Source: Candidatus Latescibacterota bacterium (GTDB taxonomy: Bacteria > Latescibacterota > UBA2968). From it: a stretch of DNA of 64,000 nt. A model generated the notes under the pieces. That model made no database searches. It was not told the DNA's origin and worked only from the letters and a program-made list of their open reading frames with translations. Shown here in pieces: positions 31,720 through 41,357 of the stretch. The stretch lies in the NCBI GenBank assembly GCA_965204745.1, contig OZ242010.1, forward strand, positions 704,001-768,000, in the 5' to 3' direction. Both the position numbers and the translations under genes were made by a program. How positions within the stretch are numbered: the stretch's first letter is position 1; each line of letters starts with the position of its first letter.

Positions 31720-33537
31720 CTAATAGTTGGCGTAAAAGAAATGGCGATTATCGACGATTTCGGCATTCTCGCGCAACGCGGCAAACCACGCCTCGATCAC
31801 CTCTTGGCGTTTTTGCGACAACAACTGCTGGGTCAAATCCCCTTTTGCCGACTCCAATTCATCCGCAGGCAATTTTTCATCCACGCGGAGAATATACGCG
31901 CCGAGATCCGTGGTGACGATGTCGCTGGCCTGGCCCTCGGTCAAGCGAAACGCCGCGCCGACAAAGGCATTGCGACTGCCCACGCCGAGGACAAAGCCCA
32001 GGCGCGCAAACGGCTGTGGGGTCTTCACCTCGAGATTGAAAAACGCCGCCGCGTCTTCGAGGGACTTGCCCGTCTTGATCTGCCCGAGCACCTCGGTCAA
32101 CCGGCCCTCCGCCACCTTCACTTTCTTCTTTTGCTTCACGCGGGCTTGGATCTGTGCTTTGACTTCGTCCAAAGGCCGCGGCCCGGCACCCCGAATCTCC
32201 CGAAGCCCAAAAACGTGAATGCCCTGATCGTTCTCATACACGCTGGAAACATCCCCGACAGAACCGCGCAGGAACTTGTTGACCAAGCCCGACGTGCTGT
32301 TGCCCAAAATCGGGAAAAAGCTCCCGGCAGTGATAAAATCCGAATCCTGGCTTTGCAACTCCTTCTGGTTGACCGCCGCGTCAAACCCGATGTCCTCGGC
32401 GATCTCTGCAAACTCCTCGGCCAACACGCGCAAACTGTCCAAGGTATCCCGCCCGGGGCGCACCTCGATGAGGACGTGCCGCGCGTGAACCTCGAGGCTA
32501 TCTGCCGCCCCCCGCGTCTCCTCCACCTTGATAACGTGCCAGCCGAACTGGGTTTTGACAGGCTCCGACACCTCCCCCGGCTCGAGCGCGAATGCCACAT
32601 CCTCAAAGGGCTTGACCATGCGCCCTTTGCCAAAAAAGCCCAAGTCTCCGCCGCTCGGCCCGCTCGGCCCGTCGGAATACACCCGCGCGAGTTCGGCAAA
32701 ATCCTCGCCCGCCTTGGCCTCCTGAAAAACGCGATTGATCTCGGCTTTGGCTTCGGCTTCATCGCGCTCTGTCGCCGTCTTTGGCAACGACACATAAGCC
32801 GTGCGGATGGCCGCATCTTGCTGGTACTCGTCCAAGTGCTCATCGTAATAGGTCTGAATTTCCGCATCGGCGATCAGCGCGAGCGAGTCGGGAATATCAC
32901 TCGCATCAAACCCGATGTACGACACGCGCACCTTTTCATTCCGTTCGAGATAAGTCTGCTCGACTTCGGTATCGGTCACTTTCACCGCACCCGCGATGAG
33001 CGTTTCGAGTTTTTGCGACAGCAACAGGCTGCGCGCATTGGCTTCGGCAGCAAAGACAAATTGCTTCGCCTGTAGGTCGCTGTGCGTGCCGGGATTGTCG
33101 AGGAATTGGTTGTATTTGGCGAGGTCAAACGCGCCATCGGTCTGGAAAGATTCTTGTTGCTGCACCCACTCGGCGGGTTGCGTGCGGTTGACGTGATTGA
33201 CTTCGGTATCGGAAACCTCAATGCCGTATTTGTCAATCTGTTGCCCGATCAAAATTCGCGTCACCACGCGCTCCCATGTTTGAGAAATAACCTGGCTGAT
33301 ATCCGGATCTTCATCGCCCTGCGCTTTGGCCTGTTGCAAGTCATTCCGAATCTCGGCCTCAAACTCCTTGACAGAAATTTCCCGTCCATTCACAGACCCG
33401 ACATTGTCGCTAGCCGTGGCAAACCCCCGGCTGCTAAAATCGGCCCCCCATTCAAACACCATCAAACCGACAAAAGCAACGGCAACGATAATCATCATCG
33501 CTTTGATAAACGCAGCACTACGCATTTGGGCGAGCAT
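31720..33537 (-). CDS. PpiD/SurA-like membrane-anchored peptidyl-prolyl isomerase chaperone
   Basis: N-terminal TM, SurA-N-like region, parvulin motif DFAELARVYSDGPS..GGDLGFF..GRMVKPFEDVAF..TQFGWHVIKV. Confidence 0.9.
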   Translation of the reverse strand: MLAQMRSAAFIKAMMIIVAVAFVGLMVFEWGADFSSRGFATASDNVGSVNGREISVKEFEAEIRNDLQQAKAQGDEDPDISQVISQTWERVVTRILIGQQIDKYGIEVSDTEVNHVNRTQPAEWVQQQESFQTDGAFDLAKYNQFLDNPGTHSDLQAKQFVFAAEANARSLLLSQKLETLIAGAVKVTDTEVEQTYLERNEKVRVSYIGFDASDIPDSLALIADAEIQTYYDEHLDEYQQDAAIRTAYVSLPKTATERDEAEAKAEINRVFQEAKAGEDFAELARVYSDGPSGPSGGDLGFFGKGRMVKPFEDVAFALEPGEVSEPVKTQFGWHVIKVEETRGAADSLEVHARHVLIEVRPGRDTLDSLRVLAEEFAEIAEDIGFDAAVNQKELQSQDSDFITAGSFFPILGNSTSGLVNKFLRGSVGDVSSVYENDQGIHVFGLREIRGAGPRPLDEVKAQIQARVKQKKKVKVAEGRLTEVLGQIKTGKSLEDAAAFFNLEVKTPQPFARLGFVLGVGSRNAFVGAAFRLTEGQASDIVTTDLGAYILRVDEKLPADELESAKGDLTQQLLSQKRQEVIEAWFAALRENAEIVDNRHFFYANY

Positions 33538-33750
33538 TGAAACATTCCTCCAGCTAGTAATGGATGAGACGAGGGCCGCAGAGCACTCATTTTGAGGTCC
33601 TTACGATACCGGAATCCCGATCCGCATTGGGTTTCGCGCTCCCTCTCGAACGGATTTGGTAATCTACTCGTTGGGTTATGGACTGGCAAGTTTTTTTTCA
33701 AAATGCGGGTCAATTGATGGCTTAGGTTGCTCTGATGGCGTTGCGCGAGG

Positions 33751-34140
33751 GGACCTATCCCCCCGGCCCCGTTATTCGCTTCGCTCATTGTAGGCTACGC
33801 CTGTGCCTATGAGGAAAGGGGGAGTAAAGTTCCTTTGATGGCTTATATCAAGGGTTGCTCTGATGGCGTTTTGCGAGGGCATAAAGCGATTAAATATCCC
33901 TCATCAATACCCTCGCAAAATCGATCCTCATTGCCCAATGGGACCTATCCCCCCGGCCCCCTTTCCTAAGAGGAAAGGGGGAGTAGGGCTTTCTGGATAG
34001 CTGAACGCAAAGGCTGTGCGTGATGGCTTTGGCGCGTGTGGATCAGGCCATGAATACCCCCAAAACCTCTCACATAATCCTTCGCAAAACCGCTCACAGT
34101 TCCCCCCTTCCTCGCAGGAAGGGGGGTTAGGGGGGTAGGT
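33751..34140. mobile_element. Two adjacent copies (one truncated/composite) of a MITE/REPIN-like element
   Basis: GGACCTATCCCCCCGGCCCC...GAGGAAAGGGGGAGT at 33751 and 33941; inverted end CCCCCCTTCCT..AGGAAGGGGG..GGGGGGTAGGT at ~34102-34140; internal sequence shared with 63680-63867. Confidence 0.75.
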
Positions 34141-34159
34141 AAAAATAAAGAGCGGTCAC

Positions 34160-34188
34160 TTGACGCGCCTTGGGAAAAGTCCTATACT
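34160..34188 (+). promoter_or_regulatory. Sigma70-type promoter for the M23 peptidase-rhomboid operon
   Basis: TTGACG-N17-TATACT. Confidence 0.7.
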
Positions 34189-34231
34189 GACCTTACATCC
34201 TGTAAATGTTCCAATCCTTCAATCCCGATCC

Positions 34232-36241
34232 ATGAGCCGTTTCTCCACCATAACCTGCATCTTGCTCTGCCATATCGTTGCGAGCGCGGAAGATTACCAT
34301 TGGCCGCTAGACGCGCCCCCGGCATTGACCTCGACCTTTGGCGAATATCGCGGCGGGCGATTGCACGCGGCCATCGATTTGAAAACCTGGGGCGATGAGG
34401 GGTACCCCGTCACAGCCGTTGCCGATGGGCATGTCTGGCGCGTGCGAACCTCGCCATGGGGATACGGTCGCGTGGTCTATGTCCAACTCGACAATGGCCG
34501 TTTCGCGCTGTGGGCACACTTGTCGGGATTTTCCAAGCGCATCGAGCACTACGTCCAACAAGAGCAAGCGCGGCGCGGCGCGTACAGCGTGAACCTGTAC
34601 TTTCGCCCGGATCAACTGCCCGTCAAGCGCGGTGAAATCGTGGGCTACTCGGGCAGCACGGGCATTGGCGTGCCGCACCTGCATTTTGAGATGCGCGATG
34701 CCGACCATCGCCCCATCAACCCACTTCTCCACGGCTTTGACATTGAAGACACCTTGCCCCCAACCATCCAAGCCATCGGCCTCGCCCCCTTAGACGCCGA
34801 GGCGCGGGTCGACGCCGGGCACAATCCCATGTCCTATCCCATGACCTGGCGCGCCCAAGAAAAGCAATACACCCATCGCAATACCGCGGTGATCTGGGGC
34901 CGCGTGGGCATCGGCGTCAAAGTCTATGACCGCGCAAACGCCTCGCAACTCGCAAACCGCTTGGCCCCGTATCGGATGCGCCTGCTCGTCGATGGCAAAG
35001 ACGTCTTTCAAAAAACCTTCGGGCAATTCGGCTACGACGCAACGCACCACGGGGAACTGGCTTATGATTTCTTCATGAGCCGCCGCGGTCTGGGGCGGTT
35101 TCACAGCCTGTACCGCAAACCGGGCAATCAACTGCCTTTTTACAACGATGCCGAAGTGGGAGAAGGCGTATTATTCGCGGGCACAGCGTCCGATGGGGTG
35201 GGATACGAACTCGCGCCGGGCGCGCATCGCGTACAAATCATAGCCGAAGACGTCATGGGAAACCGCGCAACCGCCGTGCTAAACGTGCGCGTTGCGCCAG
35301 AGCCGACCGGTCAAACGCGCAAACCGGCCCGATTGGAAAAACCGCGATTGGCAAAGCTCATCGGCAGGGTCTCCTACTTTCCCACCTTTGCCGTTATCCA
35401 CCTCAAAGCCGATCAAACGCCGACAACAATGCCCAAAGTGCAGGCACTGTTCCCCAACGGGCAAACCCAAGCACTCGACACGCGCCAAACCGGGGTGCAA
35501 ATCTATGAGGCCGCACTCGCTTTTGACGAAACACACACCGGTGACATTCAGGTGCAAATCGAGCGCGACGGACCGCCCTTGCGGGTCATCCAGCAAACCG
35601 TGACAAAACGGGGCGGAGAACTCCGTTCAGACGATGGGATGGCGCGGGCGCGATTTGAAAAAGAAGGCGTTTACCAAACCCTCTATGGCCGCATCTTGCC
35701 CGACAGCCAGAGAACAGACGCGCAGATGGTGGGAACAGCGTATCGGTTGATGCCCGAGGACGTCGCATTCCAAGAAGCGGAGATCGCGTTTGTCTATCCC
35801 CGAGATCATCCAGACGCGACTAAACTCGGCATCTATGAATGGAACGCGAGGAAGGGGTGGGTTTTCGTGGATATGGGCCGCGACTCAACCCTGGGCGTCA
35901 TCACCGGCAAAGTGAGGTCCTTCGGCGTGTTCGCCTTGTTGTACGACAATGTGCCGCCTACGATCTCCAGCGTATTCCCCCCCCACGGCGCCGTGCTCTC
36001 GGCGCGCCAGCCAAAAGTCGTCGTCCAGGTTACAGACGAGTATTCGGGTATTTGGCGAGAGGAAGACATGGTGATGCGAATGGATGGCAAGCCCCTGATC
36101 GTGGAATACGACCCGGAAGAAAACCGCATGGTTGCCCAGCCGCGACACCCCCTGATGCCCGGATCCCACCGCTTGGAAATTGTGGTGCGCGACATATCGG
36201 GCAATGAATCGCGGCGCGCGACCGCGTTTAGGATCAAATAG
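34232..36241 (+). CDS. M23-family metallopeptidase with C-terminal beta-sandwich extensions, secreted
   Basis: Signal peptide; FGEYR..RLHAAIDLK (HxxxD), WAHL, GYSGSTG..PHLHFE..PINPL. Confidence 0.88.
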   Translation: MSRFSTITCILLCHIVASAEDYHWPLDAPPALTSTFGEYRGGRLHAAIDLKTWGDEGYPVTAVADGHVWRVRTSPWGYGRVVYVQLDNGRFALWAHLSGFSKRIEHYVQQEQARRGAYSVNLYFRPDQLPVKRGEIVGYSGSTGIGVPHLHFEMRDADHRPINPLLHGFDIEDTLPPTIQAIGLAPLDAEARVDAGHNPMSYPMTWRAQEKQYTHRNTAVIWGRVGIGVKVYDRANASQLANRLAPYRMRLLVDGKDVFQKTFGQFGYDATHHGELAYDFFMSRRGLGRFHSLYRKPGNQLPFYNDAEVGEGVLFAGTASDGVGYELAPGAHRVQIIAEDVMGNRATAVLNVRVAPEPTGQTRKPARLEKPRLAKLIGRVSYFPTFAVIHLKADQTPTTMPKVQALFPNGQTQALDTRQTGVQIYEAALAFDETHTGDIQVQIERDGPPLRVIQQTVTKRGGELRSDDGMARARFEKEGVYQTLYGRILPDSQRTDAQMVGTAYRLMPEDVAFQEAEIAFVYPRDHPDATKLGIYEWNARKGWVFVDMGRDSTLGVITGKVRSFGVFALLYDNVPPTISSVFPPHGAVLSARQPKVVVQVTDEYSGIWREEDMVMRMDGKPLIVEYDPEENRMVAQPRHPLMPGSHRLEIVVRDISGNESRRATAFRIK

Positions 36242-36243
36242 CG

Positions 36244-36924
36244 ATGATGATTCCCCTCAAAGACGAGACCCCGTCCCGCCGCGTACCCGCGTTGGTCATT
36301 GCAATTTTGCTGGGCAATGTGGGTGTTTTTGTGTACGCATACCTGTTGGGCGACGTCGGTTTTCACGTCTTCACAGCGCGATACGGCGCGATTCCCTTTG
36401 AGGTGCGGTACGGCGTGGATGCGATTTCCCCTACGCCTGTCCCGGTGTATCTCACCTTGCTCTCGTCGATGTTCTTGCACGGCGGCATCGTCCATCTGGG
36501 CGGCAACATGCTGTACTTGTGGATTTTTGGAAACAAAGTGGAAGAAGCCCTAGGCCATGCGCGGTTTGTGTGCTTCTATCTGCTCTGCGGCATCATCGCA
36601 ACGCTGGCACACGTCTTTTCCGATTCGGAATCCACCATCCCCATGGTGGGCGCCAGCGGGGCCATTGCCGGCATTTTGGGCGCGTACTTGGCGGCGTTTC
36701 CCAGCGCGCGAATTTTGGTGCTGGTGTTTTACTTCATCCTCCGCGTGCCCGCGCTGATCGTCTTGGGCGGGTGGTTCGTCATCCAACTGCTCAACGCTTC
36801 AAACGACGCGAGCGATGTGGCGTGGTACGCGCATATCGCCGGCTTCGTCATCGGCTATATCCTAATGCACCGCTGGGCGACCAGAATCCCCGCCAAACGA
36901 TTGTACGAGCGATGGGAGTATTAA
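36244..36924 (+). CDS. Rhomboid-family intramembrane serine protease
   Basis: MIPLKD start, SMFLHGG..HLGGNM, VGASGAIAG (catalytic Ser), AHIAGF (catalytic His). Confidence 0.93.
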   Translation: MMIPLKDETPSRRVPALVIAILLGNVGVFVYAYLLGDVGFHVFTARYGAIPFEVRYGVDAISPTPVPVYLTLLSSMFLHGGIVHLGGNMLYLWIFGNKVEEALGHARFVCFYLLCGIIATLAHVFSDSESTIPMVGASGAIAGILGAYLAAFPSARILVLVFYFILRVPALIVLGGWFVIQLLNASNDASDVAWYAHIAGFVIGYILMHRWATRIPAKRLYERWEY

Positions 36925-36927
36925 CCC

Positions 36928-36953
36928 GTAAGGACAGGCCCCCGTGCCTGTCC
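36928..36953 (+). repeat. GTAG-type REP palindrome; further copies at 43043-43068, 54808-54831 (minus), 63959-63983, and a degenerate copy at ~53876-53899
   Basis: Consensus GTAGGGACAGGC-n-GCCTGTCC hairpin in intergenic positions. Confidence 0.7.
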
Positions 36954-37010
36954 GCATATCATAGAGGTCAGCAGTCAACCCAGCCGACAACCAACCCATC
37001 ACAAAAAAAC

Positions 37011-37045
37011 AAAAAGCCCGAGTTCGCAATGAACCCGGGCTTTTG
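37011..37045. terminator. Bidirectional rho-independent terminator
   Basis: AAAAAGCCCGAGTTC-gcaat-GAACCCGGGCTTTT between convergent genes. Confidence 0.75.
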
Positions 37046-37113
37046 CACTGAAACAGGATATAGACTACATCTTCGGCATCTTGGTCAGAATGTCAAAGAG
37101 AGCGGTATCGCCA

Positions 37114-37674
37114 TCAATCTATTAGAGAGGTAGGCGGGCAATGTTGGTTCCAGAGATCACGGGAAAGGTTATTATCTACACTCTTGATAGGGAGCAAAGT
37201 TTTGGGTGTGAACGAGTTCACGATTTTGCCCGGCACAGAGGACTTGTTGCCTACGCAGACAAATTCGACCTCGCGTATGTTGACCATATCGGCATTTTTG
37301 AATTCAACAGCCGGCTCGTAACGCCATTCGCTGGTTACCCGTGCCAGTAAATATTCCCCGTTCAATTTGGTCATTCTCGTCCAGACAAGGTCGCCAATTT
37401 CAACATCTTCCTTCCAACGCCGGACATTATCGTTCAACTTCCCCCCGTCTCGGGCCTGATTTTCTTTTTTGTATCGGGCCACATATTCAGGCCAGGAGAT
37501 GTTTTCACCTGGATCGGCCTCCACTGACCATCCCATTCCGAGCACCGAGCGATCAAGGCACAAGATTTGAGCCCCCTTGCGGATTTCGGCAATTTTTTGC
37601 CAATCATCTTCCCCGCGCGTGGGCAGGAGGTGGAGTCGCCAGATTGTTGCTGGATCATTTATTGTCATGATCAA
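37114..37674 (-). CDS. Hypothetical protein (lower GC; resembles N-terminal domains of restriction-type proteins, unverified)
   Basis: 186-aa ORF, GGAGG RBS, overlaps the upstream stop; LGMGW...EIGDLVWTR...YLLARV pattern. Confidence 0.6.
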   Translation of the reverse strand: MIMTINDPATIWRLHLLPTRGEDDWQKIAEIRKGAQILCLDRSVLGMGWSVEADPGENISWPEYVARYKKENQARDGGKLNDNVRRWKEDVEIGDLVWTRMTKLNGEYLLARVTSEWRYEPAVEFKNADMVNIREVEFVCVGNKSSVPGKIVNSFTPKTLLPIKSVDNNLSRDLWNQHCPPTSLID

Positions 37675-37940
37675 CCTCCATTGCTAAAGTGTTGATTTTT
37701 TGGGATTCCGTGAAAACCAAAAGTAACAAATTTGAATCTTATGTCACGCACTTTTTTTGAATCCATCGCCGCTTTGCTTATCTCAACGACATTTCTATCG
37801 CGCCAGAGCTGTCGTTGCCACTTTGTATAATCAAATGGTTCTCGCAAGATCAAGTTGATGAATCTCTCGGCTTCAACAGCACCCAAAACTTCTACCAGCG
37901 CGTGAAGTCCATCTACTCGTATTTCCGTGTCGGTTCTCAT
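37671..37940 (-). CDS. Small antitoxin-like protein of the type usually paired with PIN toxins
   Basis: MRTDTEIRVDGLHALVEVLGAVEAERFINLILREPFDYTKWQRQLW; the upstream part of ORF 37671..38420 is spurious (overlaps recG). Confidence 0.65.
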   Translation of the reverse strand: MRTDTEIRVDGLHALVEVLGAVEAERFINLILREPFDYTKWQRQLWRDRNVVEISKAAMDSKKVRDIRFKFVTFGFHGIPKNQHFSNGG

Positions 37941-38080
37941 AGATTCATCTCGCAAATGCAGTTCATCGGTTAAGCGGTAGGGCGGTGGGGGTAATCCGCG
38001 CAATCCCCTAATCCGCGAAAATCCGCGATTCAGACACGGTGGAACGGATGGGCACGCACGGGCGGTTGGGCACGCACCGC

Positions 38081-40168
38081 CTACCCCGCCTCCACAATCT
38101 GCATATCCCCGAGCGAGACCGCGTCTAATTCGCGTTTTAATGCCGCGTGCGACGTCAGGTTTGGGTCGTGGGCTAATAGGGTGCCTGCTTCTCGGCGGGC
38201 CGCGCGAATGATCGCGCCATCGCGGCCGAGATCGGCAAAGTGAAACCGGGGAAAGCCGGCTTGTTGCGTGCCGAAAATGTGCCCGGGGCCGCGGATGCTC
38301 AAATCCGCTTCTGAAATCTCGAATCCGTCCGTCGTGCGCGCCATCGCGTCCAAGCGGTCGCGTGCGTCTGCTGATAGCGCGTCTTGGGGATCGGCGATCA
38401 AAATACAGTAGGATTGGCATGGCCCGCGCCCCACGCGGCCGCGCAACTGGTGCAACTGCGACAGGCCAAACCGCTCCGCGTGTTCGACCATCATGACCGT
38501 GGCATTGGGCACATCCACGCCCACTTCGATCACGGTCGTCGTCACCAGCGCGTCCAAGTCCCCGCGCCTGAAACCCGCCATCACCGCCTCTTTTTCCTCG
38601 CGCTTGAGCCGGCCGTGCAACAAGCCCAAGCGAAACTTGGACAGCGCGCCCCGTTGCAAATTTTCAAACGCCTCGGTCGCTGCTTGCAGGTCGCTCTTTT
38701 CGGATTCGGAGACCAGGGGATACACGATATACGCCTGGCGGCCCTGTTCCAATTCGCCACACAAAAATTGCAACGCCCTATCGCGGTCGCGTGCAAAACG
38801 CCACCCCGTACGCACGGGCAACCGGCCAGGCGGCAAAGCATCGATGACCGTCACGTCCAAATCCCCGTACAGGGTCAGGGATAGGGAGCGCGGAATCGGC
38901 GTGGCGGTCATCACCAAGAGATGCGCTGCCTGGCCCTTTTCGCGCAACGCAGCGCGCTGAACCACGCCGAACCGGTGTTGCTCATCCACCGCGATCAGCG
39001 CGAGATCGGCAAACGCCACCTCGGGTTGCAACAAGGCGTGCGTGCCCACGACCAGTTTGATGGCGCCAGAACCCAATCCCTCTATCGCAGCCGCGCGTTC
39101 GGCCTTTCGCATGCGCGCGGTGATCGACGCCACCTCCAGGCCCAAGGGCGCGACCCATTCCCGGATGGTGCGGGCGTGTTGCTCGGCCAAAATCTCGGTC
39201 GGCGCCATCAATGCGGCCTGCGCGTCGCTGTCTGCGGCGGTCAACATCGCCAGAAGAGCCACCAGTGTTTTGCCAGACCCCACGTCGCCTTGCAACAAGC
39301 GGTGCATGGGCACGGGCCGCTGTAAGTCGCGTTGGATCTCTGCGATGGCACGCGCTTGGGCCTGCGTCAATGCAAAGGGCAAGCGCGCGATGAGGGCTTG
39401 CGCGAGTGGGCCATTGCACGCGAGCACGCGCCCGGGCATGCGTTGGCGCGTCTTTTTTCGCTGCCCGATATGGAGTTGGATGTAGAGAATCTCGTCAAAC
39501 GCCAGCCGTTGCCGTGCGGCATCCACGTCGGTCATGGCGTCTGGAAAATGGAGTTTTTCCAGTGCCTCGCGCAGGCCCATTATCCCGTATCGCTCGCGTA
39601 TCTCCTCGTCCAATGGGTCTTCAACGCCCACCGCTTCCAATGCCGCGAATAACAAGCGGCGAAGCGCGCGCGCCGTGAGCCGATCCGCCTTCATCTTCCC
39701 CGTCGTGGAATACAGGGGGATAATGCGCCCGGTGTGCAACCGCCGATTGTCCTCGCCCTCATTTGCCAGCACTTCGACTTCCGGATGCACCATCTGCAAC
39801 ACACGTCCAAACCGCGTCAACTTCCCCCCAAGCGCGACGATATCGCCGGCCTGATACGCATTTTTGAAGTACTGAAACCCGGCAAACCAGGTACACGCAA
39901 TCGCCCCGGTCACGTCCTCAACCGTCATCACAAACCGCCGCCGCTTGCCCGGGATCACCTGCATGCTCACGATCTCGCCGACCGCGGTCACTTCCCGGTC
40001 CAACGGCAACCGCGCGATCCGCACCTCGGTCGATCTATCCACATACCGGTAGGGCAAGTACAACAACAGATCGCCCACCGAAGCTATGCCGGCGTCCTCC
40101 AATACCTTTTCGCGCTTCACCCCAATGCCCGGCAGGGTTCTCAAGGGTTGGTTCAAATTCGAGAGCAT
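38081..40168 (-). CDS. recG: ATP-dependent DNA helicase RecG
   Basis: Wedge/OB domain, RLLQGDVGSGKT, DEQHRFG, MTATPIPRSL, TTVIEVGVDVPNAT, QLHQLRGRVGRG, DGFEISEADL. Confidence 0.97.
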   Translation of the reverse strand: MLSNLNQPLRTLPGIGVKREKVLEDAGIASVGDLLLYLPYRYVDRSTEVRIARLPLDREVTAVGEIVSMQVIPGKRRRFVMTVEDVTGAIACTWFAGFQYFKNAYQAGDIVALGGKLTRFGRVLQMVHPEVEVLANEGEDNRRLHTGRIIPLYSTTGKMKADRLTARALRRLLFAALEAVGVEDPLDEEIRERYGIMGLREALEKLHFPDAMTDVDAARQRLAFDEILYIQLHIGQRKKTRQRMPGRVLACNGPLAQALIARLPFALTQAQARAIAEIQRDLQRPVPMHRLLQGDVGSGKTLVALLAMLTAADSDAQAALMAPTEILAEQHARTIREWVAPLGLEVASITARMRKAERAAAIEGLGSGAIKLVVGTHALLQPEVAFADLALIAVDEQHRFGVVQRAALREKGQAAHLLVMTATPIPRSLSLTLYGDLDVTVIDALPPGRLPVRTGWRFARDRDRALQFLCGELEQGRQAYIVYPLVSESEKSDLQAATEAFENLQRGALSKFRLGLLHGRLKREEKEAVMAGFRRGDLDALVTTTVIEVGVDVPNATVMMVEHAERFGLSQLHQLRGRVGRGPCQSYCILIADPQDALSADARDRLDAMARTTDGFEISEADLSIRGPGHIFGTQQAGFPRFHFADLGRDGAIIRAARREAGTLLAHDPNLTSHAALKRELDAVSLGDMQIVEAG

Positions 40169-40286
40169 GAGGTGTCCAGTGGGTTTTAAGTTCTGCGGTG
40201 TGTGCGACCTGAAAACTTGAAAAAAATAAAACAGAGGCTATATTCTGTCATGAACTCTTTTCTTTTTTTTGCGAAGGGAGCAAATC

Positions 40287-41354
40287 ATGTCTGCAAGACG
40301 CCCAAATCACACGGCCCTCCATCTTCCCAGTCTGGCGGTCAAAGGCTTTCGCGGGATCGCTGATCTCTCGATTCCGCGGCTGGGTCGCGTGACGCTGATC
40401 GCCGGGAAAAACGGAGTTGGCAAGACCACATTGCTCGATGCGGTTCGCATCTATGCTGCACGCGCCAGTTTTTCCGTTCTCTGTAACATATTGCAAAACC
40501 GGGAAGAGCTCAGCGTCATCGTTGACGAAGATGGCGCCGAGGTGTCCGTGCCCGATGTTGAAGCACTTTTCTATAGCCGAGGTGCCGCATCTGATTCTCG
40601 CATCTCAATAGGGCCATGTGAAAAGCAACAACTCAGCATCGGGATCGTCGACGACGGTGAATTGTCGCTCATTATCAAATTCCAAGGCAAAGAGCAAAAA
40701 ATACCCGTGGATTTCCCGTTTCACAACTCTCGTTCCCCATATCGCAGATCGCGGAATGACGACTCCGCACATCCATCCGAAATTCGGTGTGCGTCTCTGG
40801 GGCCGAGTTTGCCGAGCAATAGCGATATAGCGCGATTTTGGGATGACGTCGCCCTTACGGATGACGAAACCCAAGCCGTACACGCATTGCGGCTGATTTA
40901 CGGCGATGACGTGGAGCGCGTTGGCGTGATTGGCGATGAAAGCTCAAGGCACATCGGTCGGCGGGCGATAGTGAAGTTCAACGGGCAAGCGCGGCCAGTT
41001 CCATTAAAAAGCCTTGGCGATGGTGCCGTGCGCTTGTTCGGCGTGGCTTTGGCACTTGTCCACAGCCGGGACGGCTTTTTGGTTATCGACGAAGCGGAAA
41101 ACGGCGTCCATCATTCGGTGCAACGCGATTTCTGGAAGATGGTTATGAAAACAGCACTTCAAAACAACGTGCAGGTTTTGGCGACAACACATAGCTGGGA
41201 CTGCGTCGCGAATTTCGCGCAAGCGGCAACGGATTTAGAGGGAATGGAAGGCATGCTCATTCGCCTTGAAGAAAAGGGCGAACACATGCGCGCCGTAGAA
41301 TATTCCGAGGAAGAACTCCAAATCGCGGCCAGCCAGGGCATTGAGGTGAGGTAG
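40287..41354 (+). CDS. ABC-type AAA ATPase (AAA_15/AAA_21-like)
   Basis: GFRGI, Walker A GKNGVGKT, signature SLGDG, Walker B LVIDEAENG, H-loop ATTHS. Confidence 0.88.
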   Translation: MSARRPNHTALHLPSLAVKGFRGIADLSIPRLGRVTLIAGKNGVGKTTLLDAVRIYAARASFSVLCNILQNREELSVIVDEDGAEVSVPDVEALFYSRGAASDSRISIGPCEKQQLSIGIVDDGELSLIIKFQGKEQKIPVDFPFHNSRSPYRRSRNDDSAHPSEIRCASLGPSLPSNSDIARFWDDVALTDDETQAVHALRLIYGDDVERVGVIGDESSRHIGRRAIVKFNGQARPVPLKSLGDGAVRLFGVALALVHSRDGFLVIDEAENGVHHSVQRDFWKMVMKTALQNNVQVLATTHSWDCVANFAQAATDLEGMEGMLIRLEEKGEHMRAVEYSEEELQIAASQGIEVR

Positions 41355-41357
41355 GTT

